Shown: one piece after another, positions 13,001 to 25,706 of the stretch
How positions within the stretch are numbered: the stretch's first letter is position 1
Layout: each line of letters opens with the position of its first letter
The notes under the pieces: generated by a model
The model's database searches: none
What the model saw: only the letters and a program-made list of their open reading frames with translations
What the model was told of the DNA's origin: nothing
Program-made: the position numbers and the translations under genes
Source of the DNA: Flectonema sp. DT1601
Taxonomy: Eukaryota
Length of the DNA: 64,000 nucleotides
Direction: 5' to 3'
Assembly: GCA_964019425.1 (NCBI GenBank)
Contig: OZ025790.1
Coordinates: forward strand, 558,001 to 622,000

Positions 13001-14350
13001 CTTGCCGGTCTTCTTTTATCTATTTTCTGCTTTGAGTAATTGCTTGAAGTGGTGATTGATTGGTATGATAGGAAAAAAAATTCAAGTAACCAGTTTTTTT
13101 GCCCCAACAAGGATGCTATACAGGTTTAAAAAAGGAGAAAAAAAAAAAAAAAAAAAGAATAAAAAAAAAAAAAAAATGACAATAGGGTTTTGACAAGTTG
13201 AAGATATTTATATTATTTTATCTCGTCGAAACTTTTCATTTTGATTTTGTTCTCTAACCCCCATGGAAAAGATATTTTTTCTTTTTTTTTGAATTTTTTT
13301 TTTTTTCCCGCTGATGGCAGTTTGTTGTATTTTCCCAAGCATGACCATCTTTTCTGTATACCCCCAACAGGGCGATAGGTTGCACTGAACTGCCCTTCAT
13401 GAGATGCCCGATATATAGTTCTTTTTTAATTCAGGTTTTTGTGTTCCTCATCCCACAACCCTTCCTATATTCATGTAATTGTACGACAGTAATCGTGCGA
13501 CAGGATCTCTTGTTTAGATTACACATGTATATAGGGTCATTTCATCATCGTATTCTTCTTTTTCTTCTTCTTCTACTGGTTTGAGTATTGACTGAACGAA
13601 GTTTCTATCAGAGACAGAAGGTAGAGTCTTTTTCCACTTGAGTTCAGTGATGAATTCGTTTTGTGAATCTCTTTCTGAACACTGATGAACTCTTTCATCG
13701 AAAACAGAATAGTGTAATTTTGGATACTCTGGTCTTGAGCAGTAATCAACTTTTAAAAAAAAAAAAAAAAAAAAAAATTGATAAGCCGACAATCAGCATA
13801 ATTCTTCCTGTGATTCTCACTCACTGGGTGAGTAGTATCACTTGCGAGACTGATGTTTATGCTTGCATGATTATTTTATTTTTTTGGAAAAAAAAAAAAA
13901 GTTTTTATTGAGTTGTGTTTTTCATTAATAAAAACTACTTTGCTGGAATACTTAAAAGCAATCAGTACTCAGGCTATTATATTCCTCTCCCAGTGATGTA
14001 GAGGAGCTGTAAGGGCTGCATGTTTAACACACTAAACAGAGTACGATTGTTAGTAACTGGCATTTCAAGTTGAGGAAGGAAAACAACTCGTTCTCTTGTT
14101 ATTCTTTTGTTTGGCATTTATAGTAAGGATGACTTATCGGAGATTTCTTTGTTAGGACTACAGACATCAGACGTTTCTATTTCTGTATTCGGTTCTCGTT
14201 AATCTCCTTTTTTTAAGTTCTCTTTCCTCATAAAGTGATGTGTGGCTGTCGGTACTGTCTTGTTGCTTTGGAGAGAGACGGCGTTTTCCGTTTCTTTTGC
14301 ACTCTTTAATGTAGTCAAGAATAAGACTTTAAACAATGCTAACTGTTTCC

Positions 14351-14382
<32 letters not shown>

Positions 14383-14418
14383 GTTATTTTCCTTGGTCAG
14401 TAAGCACTCCTGAAAGGC

Positions 14419-14465
14419 ATTTTATTTTATTTTATTTTATTTTATTTTATTTTATTTTATTTTAT
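14419..14465. repeat. (TTTTA)n microsatellite
   Basis: Tandem TTTTA units read directly from the sequence. Confidence 0.9.
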
Positions 14466-15305
14466 GATTCTTTATTATGGTATTTTAGCTGCCCCAGTAG
14501 TCTCCGACACTGTTTACTTTCGGTTTTGGTAGTCGTTTATACTTCAGGTAAGTCAACGTCTCTTCCTGCTGGTGAGTGACTGACGTTCCTTGGAACTCGA
14601 CTGCTCTGACGAACAAACAAAAAACTAACAGGGTGCGTGCTCTCTATGTAAAGCTGCTTTTTAGCAAATCTTTTCTTACATAACCACAGCAAGCAACCAA
14701 TTTTATAGGCTCAGGCAACGTGAGTACGGATTCTTAGGCGTGGGTATGGCGAATTCATTTTTTTTTCTTCTTTTTTTTTACAATCTCCAGACGAATTTTT
14801 CGCTTTCACACACAAACAAAGAGCCTAAGGTGAAATACGATCACGGCCCACTACTATTATTTTTATTTCCCCCCTTAAAATTACTTTTTCTCTGTTTGTT
14901 ATTTTGTGGATAGTTTTTCATGTGATGAACACTCAACAGGGTAGTAACAACTTCCTTCAAGCCTTCGATTGGAAAGTTCCTCACAACAAAGAGATCAAAA
15001 AATAACCAACAGAGTGAAGTAAACGACACCAGCAAAAAAAAAAAAAAAAAAAAAAAAACCAAAATAATAATTTTATTTTTTCTTAAAATTATTACAACAA
15101 TCGATTACTTTGTTAGTTTTTTAAAAGAATTTTGCAAACTTATATCTATTCATTCACTTCATAGGGTTACAAATATATATGCGAATCGTACGGTGGTCTT
15201 CGTTGCTTAACAGACGTTCAGGACTCTCGTCTTCACCCGTTATAATTTATTTTATATTAATTTAAGTAAAAGGGGACACTAACACAAAACAAAACAAAAC
15301 AAGCA

Positions 15306-16568
15306 ATGAAACTTGCTGTGAATACTGCTAAGCTTCTCCGCAACGTCCCTCTCCCTGATGAAATCGTAACTGTACATGATGCTGCAGTTGTTGTTGACCT
15401 TGGATCTGGAAGCATAAAAGTTGGATTCAGTGGAGACGACGCCCCACGTCAAACCGTTCCATGCATCGAAGGAAAAGTTGTAAAAGGAGAGAAAAAGGGA
15501 ATTAATAAGGACATGAAGGATACCTACGTATGTTCTGAAGCATACAAACAACGGGAAAAACTTCAATTATCGAGCCCAATCATAAAAGGACTAGTACAGG
15601 AATGGGGTGACCCTCTAGGAGTAAAAGATCGCAACGAGGGTTCCATTGAGAGAATATTTAATCATATTTATGATGATTTGTTGAAAACTAATATCCAAGA
15701 TCCAAATCAACCCCTTTTATTATCAGAACCTGTTCTTACTGACCTGACATCTGCTAAGGAAAACAGAGAAAAGATAACTGAAATACTATTCGAATCTCTC
15801 GGAATTCCATCTCTCTATATATCACAAGCACCAGTTCTGTCATTATACAGTTCTGGAAGGACTACGGGGATGGTAATTGAAATGGGATATGGTACTTGTC
15901 ACACTGCTCCAATATTCGAGGGATTTCCACTTTTCCATTCCATTTTACAACTCGATTTCGGTGGAGTAGAGTTGACTGATTTAGTCATTAAGATGCTGGG
16001 AGATCAGGGAACAAGATTCCCAAAATGCCATGAAAGGTTTATCGGTTCTTACATCAAAGAAACCCTTTGTCAGATAGCAGAAGATCGAGAGAGTTATGAA
16101 CAAGTAGTCGCTGATAAAGAAGATGAAAAATCATTAGTTCTACCAGACGGTGTGAAGGTTCGATTAGACTCAAGAAGATGGGATGTCGCGGAATCTTTAT
16201 TTAATCCATCTCTACTTTCTGGTCAAGAAGATCAACGAGGAATTCATCACCTCGCTTTGGAATCTGTTCGTAAATGTGATACGGATATTGCTCCGTCGTT
16301 GTTTCAAAATGTTATCCTCTCGGGAGGAACTTCGATGACTTCTGGTTTACCTGATCGACTCGAAACAGAAATGCTTGAACTGACTCCAACAGAAAAAGTT
16401 AAAGTCCACGCCTCAACTGAACGATCGCAGGCAACTTGGATTGGAGGATCTATCCTCGCCTCACTACCAACATTCCAAGATCTTTGGGTTACTAAAGCTG
16501 ACTATGATGAATATGGACAACAACATCCAGGACAGAAACGTCACATCATACATCGAAATTGTTTTTAA
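15306..16568 (+). CDS. Divergent actin-related (actin-like) protein
   Basis: VVVDLGSGSIKVGFSGDDAP, LSLYSSGRTTG, PIFEG, VILSGGTSM, WIGGSILASL.TF..WVTK..YDE.G and HRNCF are actin-fold signatures, with insertions that are not typical of conventional actin. Confidence 0.93.
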   Translation: MKLAVNTAKLLRNVPLPDEIVTVHDAAVVVDLGSGSIKVGFSGDDAPRQTVPCIEGKVVKGEKKGINKDMKDTYVCSEAYKQREKLQLSSPIIKGLVQEWGDPLGVKDRNEGSIERIFNHIYDDLLKTNIQDPNQPLLLSEPVLTDLTSAKENREKITEILFESLGIPSLYISQAPVLSLYSSGRTTGMVIEMGYGTCHTAPIFEGFPLFHSILQLDFGGVELTDLVIKMLGDQGTRFPKCHERFIGSYIKETLCQIAEDRESYEQVVADKEDEKSLVLPDGVKVRLDSRRWDVAESLFNPSLLSGQEDQRGIHHLALESVRKCDTDIAPSLFQNVILSGGTSMTSGLPDRLETEMLELTPTEKVKVHASTERSQATWIGGSILASLPTFQDLWVTKADYDEYGQQHPGQKRHIIHRNCF

Positions 16569-16814
16569 TTTTGTTGAGACGTCGTTTCTAACGATTTTTA
16601 ATTTTTTAAAATTTTTTTTTTAAATGTTTCTTAAACTAATAACAAAATCTCCCACTTTCGACCCTCCGCACACTATGTGAATAGTTTATTATGTTAGGGT
16701 TTTTTTTTTTGGCAAAGTAGGTTTGGTAAACTGAAAAAAAAAAACCAAACCTTTTTTTTTTCAAAAGAGAAAAAAAAAAAAAAAAAACATGGAAACAGTA
16801 TTTATAAGGAAATA

Positions 16815-19209
16815 ATGTCCTCAGCTTTTCTTTGGATTACGGTAGTGATCTTGAGTCTGGTTGCGGAGGTGTTACCACAGACAGCTCCGGGAATAGTATT
16901 TCCCATACTAGATGCTGAATTGGGTGATCACCCTCAGATATATAGGAGTATTTGTATGATTGGTTATCTGTGGCAATACGAACAAACATTAAATGAATCG
17001 CGAATTGGAATAAAGTTTAGCTACTGTGGTGTGCCTGCAAGTGTTGATGTATTCCTCCCAACTGAATCATCGTCACCCAACCTCGTTAGAGGTATTATTG
17101 AAAACACTCTTATTGTAATGTGGGGATCACTAACTAACAATACTATTCATATTAATCAATACGATCGTTTTGCTGAAAATATCAACCCCTCTGTTGACCT
17201 TCAGGTGAATACGACTGATCTACGAAGTCCTCAAATGCTTGTAGTCGGTAGTCGGTACTACGTACTAACTTGGCAAGACGGTGAAGATTATGTTTTAAAA
17301 GGACAACTTATCAACGAAAACTTCCAACTAATCGGGGAAGAGTTCCTCATCAGCTCAACGCAACCGACGAAGAGGATGCCAGCGGAGGTGACACCGATGC
17401 CGATCGGTTTTGTCAGCACCTGGCAGCAGTTGCGGAATGGGAGTACTTCTGATTATGAGATTCTAGCAAGTCTTCACTTTGAAGATGGGAGTAGGAATGG
17501 TGAAATCTTTCGAGTCAGTCCAGATGATAACAGAAATTACACTTCTCCTCAAGTTGCGGTGTTTGTTAATATCGAAAGTATCGTATTCATTTGGAAAGTA
17601 ATGAATGATGACAACTACAGCACTTTATACGGAACTCTCTATGACACGTCTACTGGTGTTCTCCGAAACTTTCGCGTCTCAGGTACGGCAATGAACTCTG
17701 ATCATCGCGTGACTGTCTGTCAAAGGCTAAGTATGATTTACGTTGTTTGGGTAGAGAAAATAACCAACACTACGGACTCTGTTTTATTATTTAATGAATT
17801 CAGAAATGATGGTTTTAGTCCCGACTCACCACAAATGATTTCTATGAATTGGTCAACTACCGTACCTGGACATCCGAGTGTGGCTGAAAAAGATTTTGGG
17901 TTTCAAGTAGTTTGGTCAGAGACGTTCAAGAATGGTTCAAGAGCGGGGATATATTCAGAACTATACACACCACCAGAAGGAAGGCTTCCTGTCGTTCCTT
18001 CAAATAGAACGAGTCCTCCTGCGGGAATTCCAACAACAGAAATCCCAACATCGATACCAACAGAAAGTTCAAAGAAGTCATTTAGTGTTATTTCCGTGAT
18101 ATTATTTTCTTCTTTATGTCTGTTTGTCGTCGGAGTACTATTTGGGGTCTACCGCAGATGTCGCGGGAAGAGTTCTAAACTACCAACAGATGAACTAGCG
18201 ATCCAACTAAGTACATTACCACCTGAAGCTTCTGAAACACTTACAGAAACAGCATTACAACCCATTCATGAAATCGACTGGTCTTCTCTCTATGATTTCA
18301 AGGTAGTGGGTAAGGGAGCATTCGGCATCGTTAGGACAGCCTGGAGTAATGTGACTAGAGAACAGGTATGGTCAACCTTTATTATTATTGTGTACTTCAT
18401 CTCTAAAACAGTAATAAAAATAATACAAACAGATTGCCATCAAAGAGTCACACACTGATGGAGAAGATCTCGTTGAAGAAGTTCGCGTACTCTGCTCACT
18501 CCGACAGAAGAACATTTTGAATTACTACGGATGGGCAAGACATGAAGGAACCTTATACATGATTACTGAGTACTGTTCAGGTGGTTCTCTACTTCAATTC
18601 AAATGGAAAGATCGAATGACTCAATCGTTAGCAGTCACAGACATTGCAAGAGCTCTGTCTTACTTAGAGACATTAGGATTAGTACACATGGATGTTTCAG
18701 CAAGGAATGTATTAGCTATGAGTGATGGTATGTTAAAACTTAGTGATATGGGTCTTCTTACTAACAGAGGAGGGAAGACTAAATCAAAGCTTCCAATACA
18801 GTGGTGCTCTCCCACTACACTGAAAACAAAACGAGCTTACACATCCCAAGACATTTGGTCCTATGGATGTCTACTTTACGAAGTGTTGTCAGGACATGCT
18901 CCGTTTTATTTAGAAGCTCGTGATGGGCTTAAGAATGTCGCCAGGAAGATTGTCAACTGTGGACTCCCTTCAGCTCCAAGTGATTTAAATCGAGTAGAGC
19001 AATTGATTTGGGATACTGTTGTGGTTCGATGTTGGGACACAACCTCGTCACAGATATCATTCAGAGATATTTTACTTACGATGGAAAAGCTGCATTCGCA
19101 ATCAATCGAAATGGATTCTGTGTCACCTTACTTTCCAGGTATTGAATACGAGACGGTGGATGTTTATGTTAATAATGACTTTGATTGTGAGCCTCGTCTT
19201 CTGTCTTAG
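16815..19209 (+). CDS. Single-pass receptor kinase (tyrosine-kinase/TKL-like); exons 16815-18365 and 18433-19209
   Basis: Signal peptide, about 400-aa N-glycosylation-rich ectodomain, TM (VISVILFSSLCLFVVGVLFGVY) followed by RRCR, and GKGAFG. Splicing intron 18366-18432 yields IAIK, then HMDVSARN, DMG, LPIQW and DIWSYG. Confidence 0.9.
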
Positions 19210-19594
19210 CGATCTTACCCTCATTCGCAAAGTGAATTACTTTCCTTGCGAGATGCTCACGGACTCAACAGTCTACTTTTATTTAATTTGATGTTGATCA
19301 AAAGCAACCATCTACTCTTATTACTGTCGATATATTGACGTCTGGGACAACACGTCTTTGAGACTGTCTATGTCGACTAACCTACTGATGTTTACAATGT
19401 CACGAAGCGATGAACTCTTTAATTGTTTAGTCAAAGCGAAAATATTTTACTTTTTCAGACAGGTAGCATTACACAACTGTGATTGAAGCGTGATAAGACT
19501 CTCTATTTAATTACATTAGTTCAAAGTGTGATGTCTTTTATTATTATCGCAGGTCAGCTGAACATATCAACTGAACTGAACAAAAAATATAATT

Positions 19595-20810
19595 ATGTTG
19601 GTGAGCAGGTTGGTTACACTGGTAGCAGTGCTGTCGATGGTAAATGCCCAAACACCAACACCTTCACCAGGTGAGGACTCGTCGAACTTAAAATCTGTGA
19701 TCTTATTTATTGTGTTGTGTGTTCTCGTTGTTGGAGTTTTTTTAGTAATCTGTAGAAAGTGTCGAAAGAGAATAAGAAAAAAACCTCCTCAAGAGCTTGC
19801 TGTTCAATTGAAAGTTGAGAGCCCAGATCCTTCCTCTGAAATTACACTCCCAGAAATAGCACTGCAGCCGATGCATGAAATCGCATGGACCTCCCTTTCT
19901 AATTTCAGAGTAGTTGGCAGGGGTGCCTTCGGTATCGTTAAGACTGCCTGGAGTAGTGTGACTAGAGAACAGGTATGGTTACCTTTCTTGTGTGGTATTC
20001 AATGTGTCATCGCAGTAATAAAAATAATACAAACAGATTGCCATCAAAGAGTCACACGCTGATGGAGAAGATCTCGTTGAAGAAGTTCGCGTACTCTGCT
20101 CACTCCGACAGAAGAACATTTTGAATTACTACGGATGGGCAAGACATGAAGGAACCTTATACATGATTACTGAGTACTGTTCAGGTGGTTCTCTACTTCA
20201 ATTCAAATGGAAAGATCGAATGACTCAATCGTTAGCAGTCACAGACATTGCAAGAGCTCTGTCTTACTTAGAGACATTAGGATTAGTACACATGGATGTT
20301 TCAGCAAGGAATGTATTAGCTATGAGTGATGGTATGTTAAAACTTAGTGATATGGGTCTTCTTACTAACAGAGGAGGGAAGACTAAATCAAAGCTTCCAA
20401 TACAGTGGTGCTCTCCCACTACACTGAAAACAAAACGAGCGTACACATCTCAAGACATTTGGTCCTATGGATGTCTACTTTACGAAGTGTTGTCAGGACA
20501 TGCTCCGTTTTATTTAGAAGCTCGTGGTGGTCTTAATAAGGTAGCCTTCAAGATTATGAATTGTGACATGCCTTCAGCTCCAAGTGATTTAAATCAAGTA
20601 GAGCAAATGATTTGGGATACTGTTGTGGTTCGATGTTGGGACACAACCTCATCACAGATATCATTCAACAGTATATTAATAACAATGGAAAAGCTACAAA
20701 GACTTTCCACTACGGTAGTTTCTGTTTCCCCTTATGAGTTTCCAGGTATTGCTTATGAGACTTTAGACGTTAGTGAGCTATTCAGAAATGATAGTAATCC
20801 TGTCGACTGA
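19595..20810 (+). CDS. Paralogous receptor kinase with a very short ectodomain; exons 19595-19972 and 20037-20810
   Basis: Signal peptide, about 15-aa ectodomain, TM and GRGAFG. It has the same intron position (19973-20036) and a kinase core nearly identical to the upstream gene. Confidence 0.88.
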
Positions 20811-21827
20811 TTGCTGTGAAGGGGAATTCCATTTTGTCGTTCTTTTTTTTTTTTGTTATTTTGGGAAAATCAATCCCAAACACGAAAAAAAAAAAAAAAA
20901 AAAAAAAAAAAGAATTGTTTTCTTTTCTTACTTTTGTTTCGTTATATTTGTTCAGACTGGTTGGAAAAACCGTCGTTTCGTCTTTGTCGTCATTTCGTTT
21001 CTTGTTTATGTTTTCGGATTCTGTGAAACCCTTCCAAAGTGCGTACAAACCGTTCGAGCAGCTGAAAACATTTTTTATGTGTCGTTTTAGGTAAACTAAA
21101 ATATATCCACTTCCCTTTGATCTCTCCAGTGAGATGAAGGAAATCGTCAATAAGTTTCGATACTTTTCTCAATTCACTAACTTTTTTTTTTTTTTTTTTT
21201 GCACCTAAGAAATAGTCAGGGAGGAAACTTCAGATTTACTCATTATGTTCAAATGTTTATCTATTTATTTTGTTCCGTCAATATTACTCTCTCGATCAAC
21301 AGAATGTAAGGCTTAATCTGAATGAGTTTTTTTCCCTCCTCCTTTATAAAACGCTAAGTTAAGCAATCACGTATCATTATGTTAATCCGATACAAAACTG
21401 TTGTATTTTACGAACTCAAACATCAAATTTCCCCAACAATTTATAGCAAACAATAATCGTCAGTTGAATTCACCCTGACGGAATTAGTCGAGAATTTGAT
21501 CATAAAAACACACCTACTTGAGTTTGTTTCGTAGTTTTGTGTCGCTGTAGATCACTCGGCCGAAAGTATGCTCCATGTCAAAAAACTGATAAAAATAATT
21601 TTTTTTTTATTTTCGATGACTAGATATATCTATCACCGCAGTATTGGGAATCCCAGAAGAGTCATCTACTTAATTCTGCAAGAAACCAAACTTGTTCTTT
21701 TTTTAAATTTTTTTTTGTGTGTTTTTTCTGCTAACTAACATACGTTGAATATTAACTTATAATTTTGGTGGAAACGTCAATTTGTTCTTTCCACCCAACA
21801 ACACCAACAACAAACTCCGTTGACGAA

Positions 21828-21865
<38 letters not shown>

Positions 21866-22036
21866 TTTCGCAGTTCAGTTCTATCACTAAACTCAATGAA
21901 TTCATTCATGAATACAACTCTTTTATATTATTATTATATTTATTATTATTATAATAATTATTCGATGGTTCTGATGTGGGAAAACTTTTTATTATGTTTC
22001 TATTTCCTCTCACCCCAATAACAGAAACCACTCCCG

Positions 22037-22687
22037 ATGGAGGGCTACCCAGCCGAGGTTGTTATCGAACAGATGGGTGTGTTGGTTGGATATTTAGAAG
22101 CAGCGATGGAAGATGAAGGAAGAAATTCTCAACTTGGAAATAGTGACATCATCAATCACATTAGAATGATATTAAAGGAACGGGCGAAATGCGAAACCGA
22201 AACGACAATCGGAGAAGTTGTTGCTGACGTGTCATTTCCATCAGCTTATGACGTCCGTCCGATACCATCTCCTGTTCAACAAGTTCTTAGTAATGAATTA
22301 GTTGGTGATCAAAATCACTTTATTCTAGACAGTGATTCATCTGTTGCAGTTGATAACCAACAACAAACTGAAAGACCTGCACTCGCATGTAGTTCAGGTC
22401 ATCTTCTTCATATCGTTAGAGTTGGTAAGTCTTCAGGTTGTACTGGATTCGCATCTCACAAATGTGATGTTTGTGGAACTGCTGGTCTAACTCATTCGAT
22501 TTATCGCTGTGAGTTGTGTGATTTCGATCGTTGTATTCGATGCGAACCAACACAATCAGTTTCAGCATCTTTAGAATTAGACAGCGCTGCGAGTAGTTTT
22601 GACGTTTCTTTTATAAACAACAACACGACAACAGCAACAGCAACAGCAACAAGTATTATCAACCACCCTGCTTATGATGACTTGTAG
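22037..22687 (+). CDS. Hypothetical protein with a Cys-rich (ZZ/DC1-like) zinc-binding module
   Basis: 216-aa ORF downstream of an AACAG acceptor; CSSGHLL...CDVC...YRCELCDFDRCIRC. Confidence 0.7.
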   Translation: MEGYPAEVVIEQMGVLVGYLEAAMEDEGRNSQLGNSDIINHIRMILKERAKCETETTIGEVVADVSFPSAYDVRPIPSPVQQVLSNELVGDQNHFILDSDSSVAVDNQQQTERPALACSSGHLLHIVRVGKSSGCTGFASHKCDVCGTAGLTHSIYRCELCDFDRCIRCEPTQSVSASLELDSAASSFDVSFINNNTTTATATATSIINHPAYDDL

Positions 22688-22913
22688 TTTTGTTTTTCAA
22701 TATTCTGTTTTTGTTTCGTTTTGTTGTATTTTTCTTAACTGCTAGCACTAGAGTTCACTGCTACTGACTTGTAACGTGTAAATCCTTTTGTTCTGAATTG
22801 TTATTTATTGATCACTTTCTCTATTAGATTGTACAAGAAATCCAACAAAATATGTTTTCAAAATTCGGTGAGATGACCTTTTTTTTAAAGTAGAATGGTT
22901 TTTTTTCTTAATA

Positions 22914-24675
22914 CCGTAATTATAAATATCATGGTGTATAAAAAGTCTCCAAATCAGCAAAAAATGGCCAAATCCACCATCTTTATTATATCCAAAGTTT
23001 TTTTAGTACAATCATTCACAGAAAACACTTAGCAAAATTCGGATTCCAGAAAAAAAAAAAACTTTTTTTTTTGACCTTTTTCTTTTGACTTTGGTACTAA
23101 ATTATCGACATTTTGAACTGGTTAAAGTTCTACAGGCTAGTCTTGTGTACCAACCTGGTGGGGGATTGATAACTAATGTTGAAGTTGCTTCCAGATACAT
23201 ATCAGGACAACATATCCACAAATAACGTTGTTGGTAGCTGGTTGCACACCAGTCTTAATGAATGATGTCAAAATTCCTAAAAGCAGCAAGTAGTAGTCTA
23301 GACGAGGCCAACTACAACTAAGGAGTTCTTCTCCAATCGTTGTAATACACCGAGGTATGAGGTGCGGTATTAAGAAACATGAACTCATGTTCACAACTAC
23401 AGACTTCAGGAGCTCGGGTGGATTTGCAGGATTGACAATACCTGCTTTTATAAAACCAGCCATGATAGTATTTTTCGTAATACTATCAAGGGCTGTCACT
23501 ATCCACCCAATTTGCGACTTCGTTTTTGTGAGCTCCTTCATCCATTTTGACATGGGTTCGGATTCAGGAGCTCCCTTTGGACCCTTCCCTTTCGCAGCGA
23601 GCTTTAAAGTTTCTATCAGCTTTTTGCTTTGATTTTTTCAACTTTTCCTCCCGCTTGCGCATCTGCTCTGTCATCCACTCACCAAGAAAGCTTGATGCTT
23701 CTTTGAAGTTGGCCATGACAGTTAGATCCAGCGGCCGGAGATGAGAAGTCCATCCGCCTTGCACCACCATAACCGTGATATTGGCTTCTTCAAATCGACG
23801 AAGGACTTCTTCAGTTATCTGCCCCCTAAACTGGGCATATACTGCGAGGCCAGGGTGATCCGATTGGAGTGTTTTTTAGTTAGTTTAGATCCGATTGGAG
23901 CGTTTCTTAATAAAGTATGGGATTATTGCCCAGAAACCTTGACCGAGCTGATAGGAGTTCTGCTTCAGGCGCTACTTTCGCAGTGGTTCCAAGACGGTAA
24001 CCAACCCTTCCGTTCCAGGAACTTGTAGGTCCATGTTGCTTGTAGGGAACCGGAATCCACGCGTTCCGGCGTATCACTTGTGCTTGAAACCAGAGAAGAG
24101 AAGCAAACACAGAGCCACCATAGGCACGGATATTCTCAATTAAATCGAGCACCCGCTTCCTCATCAGTGGTTAAGATGGTTGGTCTCCCAGATTTCACCT
24201 GCCCTTCTAGTGGTTCTCCCTTTGTCTTCCTCTTTTGTTCTTCAACCAAGAGCTTCATTGCCCTGCCTGCACTGTTGATCTCTTCTTATGGTCCGTGTTG
24301 AAGTATGCAATCGCCCTTGACACATTGGTGGCAGAGTTCACCATCTCACCAACGTTAAGCAACTCCCCCCTTGACCACTTCTCATAGCAGCGAGACGTTG
24401 GTGCTCTTTTACCCGCTCCTCTTTCTTTATCAAACCCAGCTCCACCTTGCTTACCGACGTCTTCAGGGGTTCAAAAGGATCCCGTTTTTTCAAAAAATTC
24501 CGCATAGTGTGAAAAATTTCATCCCCAAAAACTACCATTTTACAGTCAAAATGTGTACTTTCATACTTTTTTATAAAAATCCACCAAGTTTTTTTTCCGA
24601 GAATCCACCATCTTTTTTATATCCAAAGTTGTTATACTCCAAATTTTTTATACACCGTGATATTTATAATTACAG
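22914..24675 (-). mobile_element. Decayed pogo-like (Tc1/mariner superfamily) DNA transposon with about 31-bp TIRs and TA target duplication
   Basis: The left end TA|CCGTAATTATAAATATCATGGTGTATAAAAA matches the reverse complement of the right end (TA|CTGTAATTATAAATATCACGGTGTATAAAAA) with 2 mismatches. Fragmented - strand ORFs contain GGWTSHLRPLDLTVMANFK (DDE_1 'T..LQPLD' motif) and WIVTALDSITKNTIMAGFIKAGI. Confidence 0.9.
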
Positions 24676-24716
24676 TAATTTATTTATAACCACAGACATA
24701 GAGCAGTTGGGGTTAA

Positions 24717-25166
24717 ATGTCGTACCTGCCCCTACTTGAGGCAGCTGTGACTGGGGCGTTGGCTGCTGATGCCGACTCACAAGAACATCACCAACTTGTG
24801 AGAGATGAGAAGAGATGGGCTCACAGGGTGAAAATTATCAACCAAGAGATGGTTGAGGATGCTTTGCGTAGAGAGAATTTAACGAAAGCTTACGGAACGT
24901 TGCAGAGAGCTGAAGCTAATCATACTCGTGTGATGAATGATATTGCGAGAGGAACAGCTGTTCTTCCACAGACTCAGTCGGGTAAGGTACTCGTCACGGT
25001 TGATAACAAACATGCCAGCATTAGGAGAATACCATATCGAGTTATAAATACTCCTCCTCGTCATCATCATCATCACCATAACGTGACCACAAGTACGACA
25101 GGACATTCTTATGCAACACATCATCTCGTTAGTAAACATCATCAGCATCACCATCATGTTCTATGA
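24717..25166 (+). CDS. Hypothetical protein with His-rich C-terminus
   Basis: 149-aa ATG-initiated ORF after a CACAG acceptor, with coding-like composition; no recognised domain. Confidence 0.6.
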   Translation: MSYLPLLEAAVTGALAADADSQEHHQLVRDEKRWAHRVKIINQEMVEDALRRENLTKAYGTLQRAEANHTRVMNDIARGTAVLPQTQSGKVLVTVDNKHASIRRIPYRVINTPPRHHHHHHNVTTSTTGHSYATHHLVSKHHQHHHHVL

Positions 25167-25706
25167 GTAGCAGTGACTGTCTGTGTGGTTCTTTTAAACA
25201 TATACATCGGCCGACAGTTGCGAAGACGCATCAAGCCACTCTATCGAATGGGCAGAAATAATATTTCATTTATTGGATATGAAAGTTAGGGTTTCCATCA
25301 CCCTTTTACAATACTATTTAAGTAGTATATCTCAGTTCATGTTTTGGTAAGTTACCTACTCTCCAGTCTGAAAAATTACACTTTTGGATGAAGTCAGTCA
25401 CCATTCGTTGCTGAATTACAACAGCAGCTATGTTTTTATTTTTATTACAAAAAAAGGTTCGGATTGAGCTTAACAAAGAAAAAAAAAATACACCTGTTCC
25501 GTCCTTCGCTACGTTCGATGCGCCTGTTGTTGGAATTGTTTCTGAATAGATATTATTTTTATGTTTATTCTTCTTCTTTTCCTTGACACATTACTATGAG
25601 AAGATAAATGCGATTATTAACATACAGGTACAGCTATCACTGTGTTGGATAAATATTTATAACATGCAATCATTTCACAGATTACAACAACAAAACACTA
25701 ACAAAG

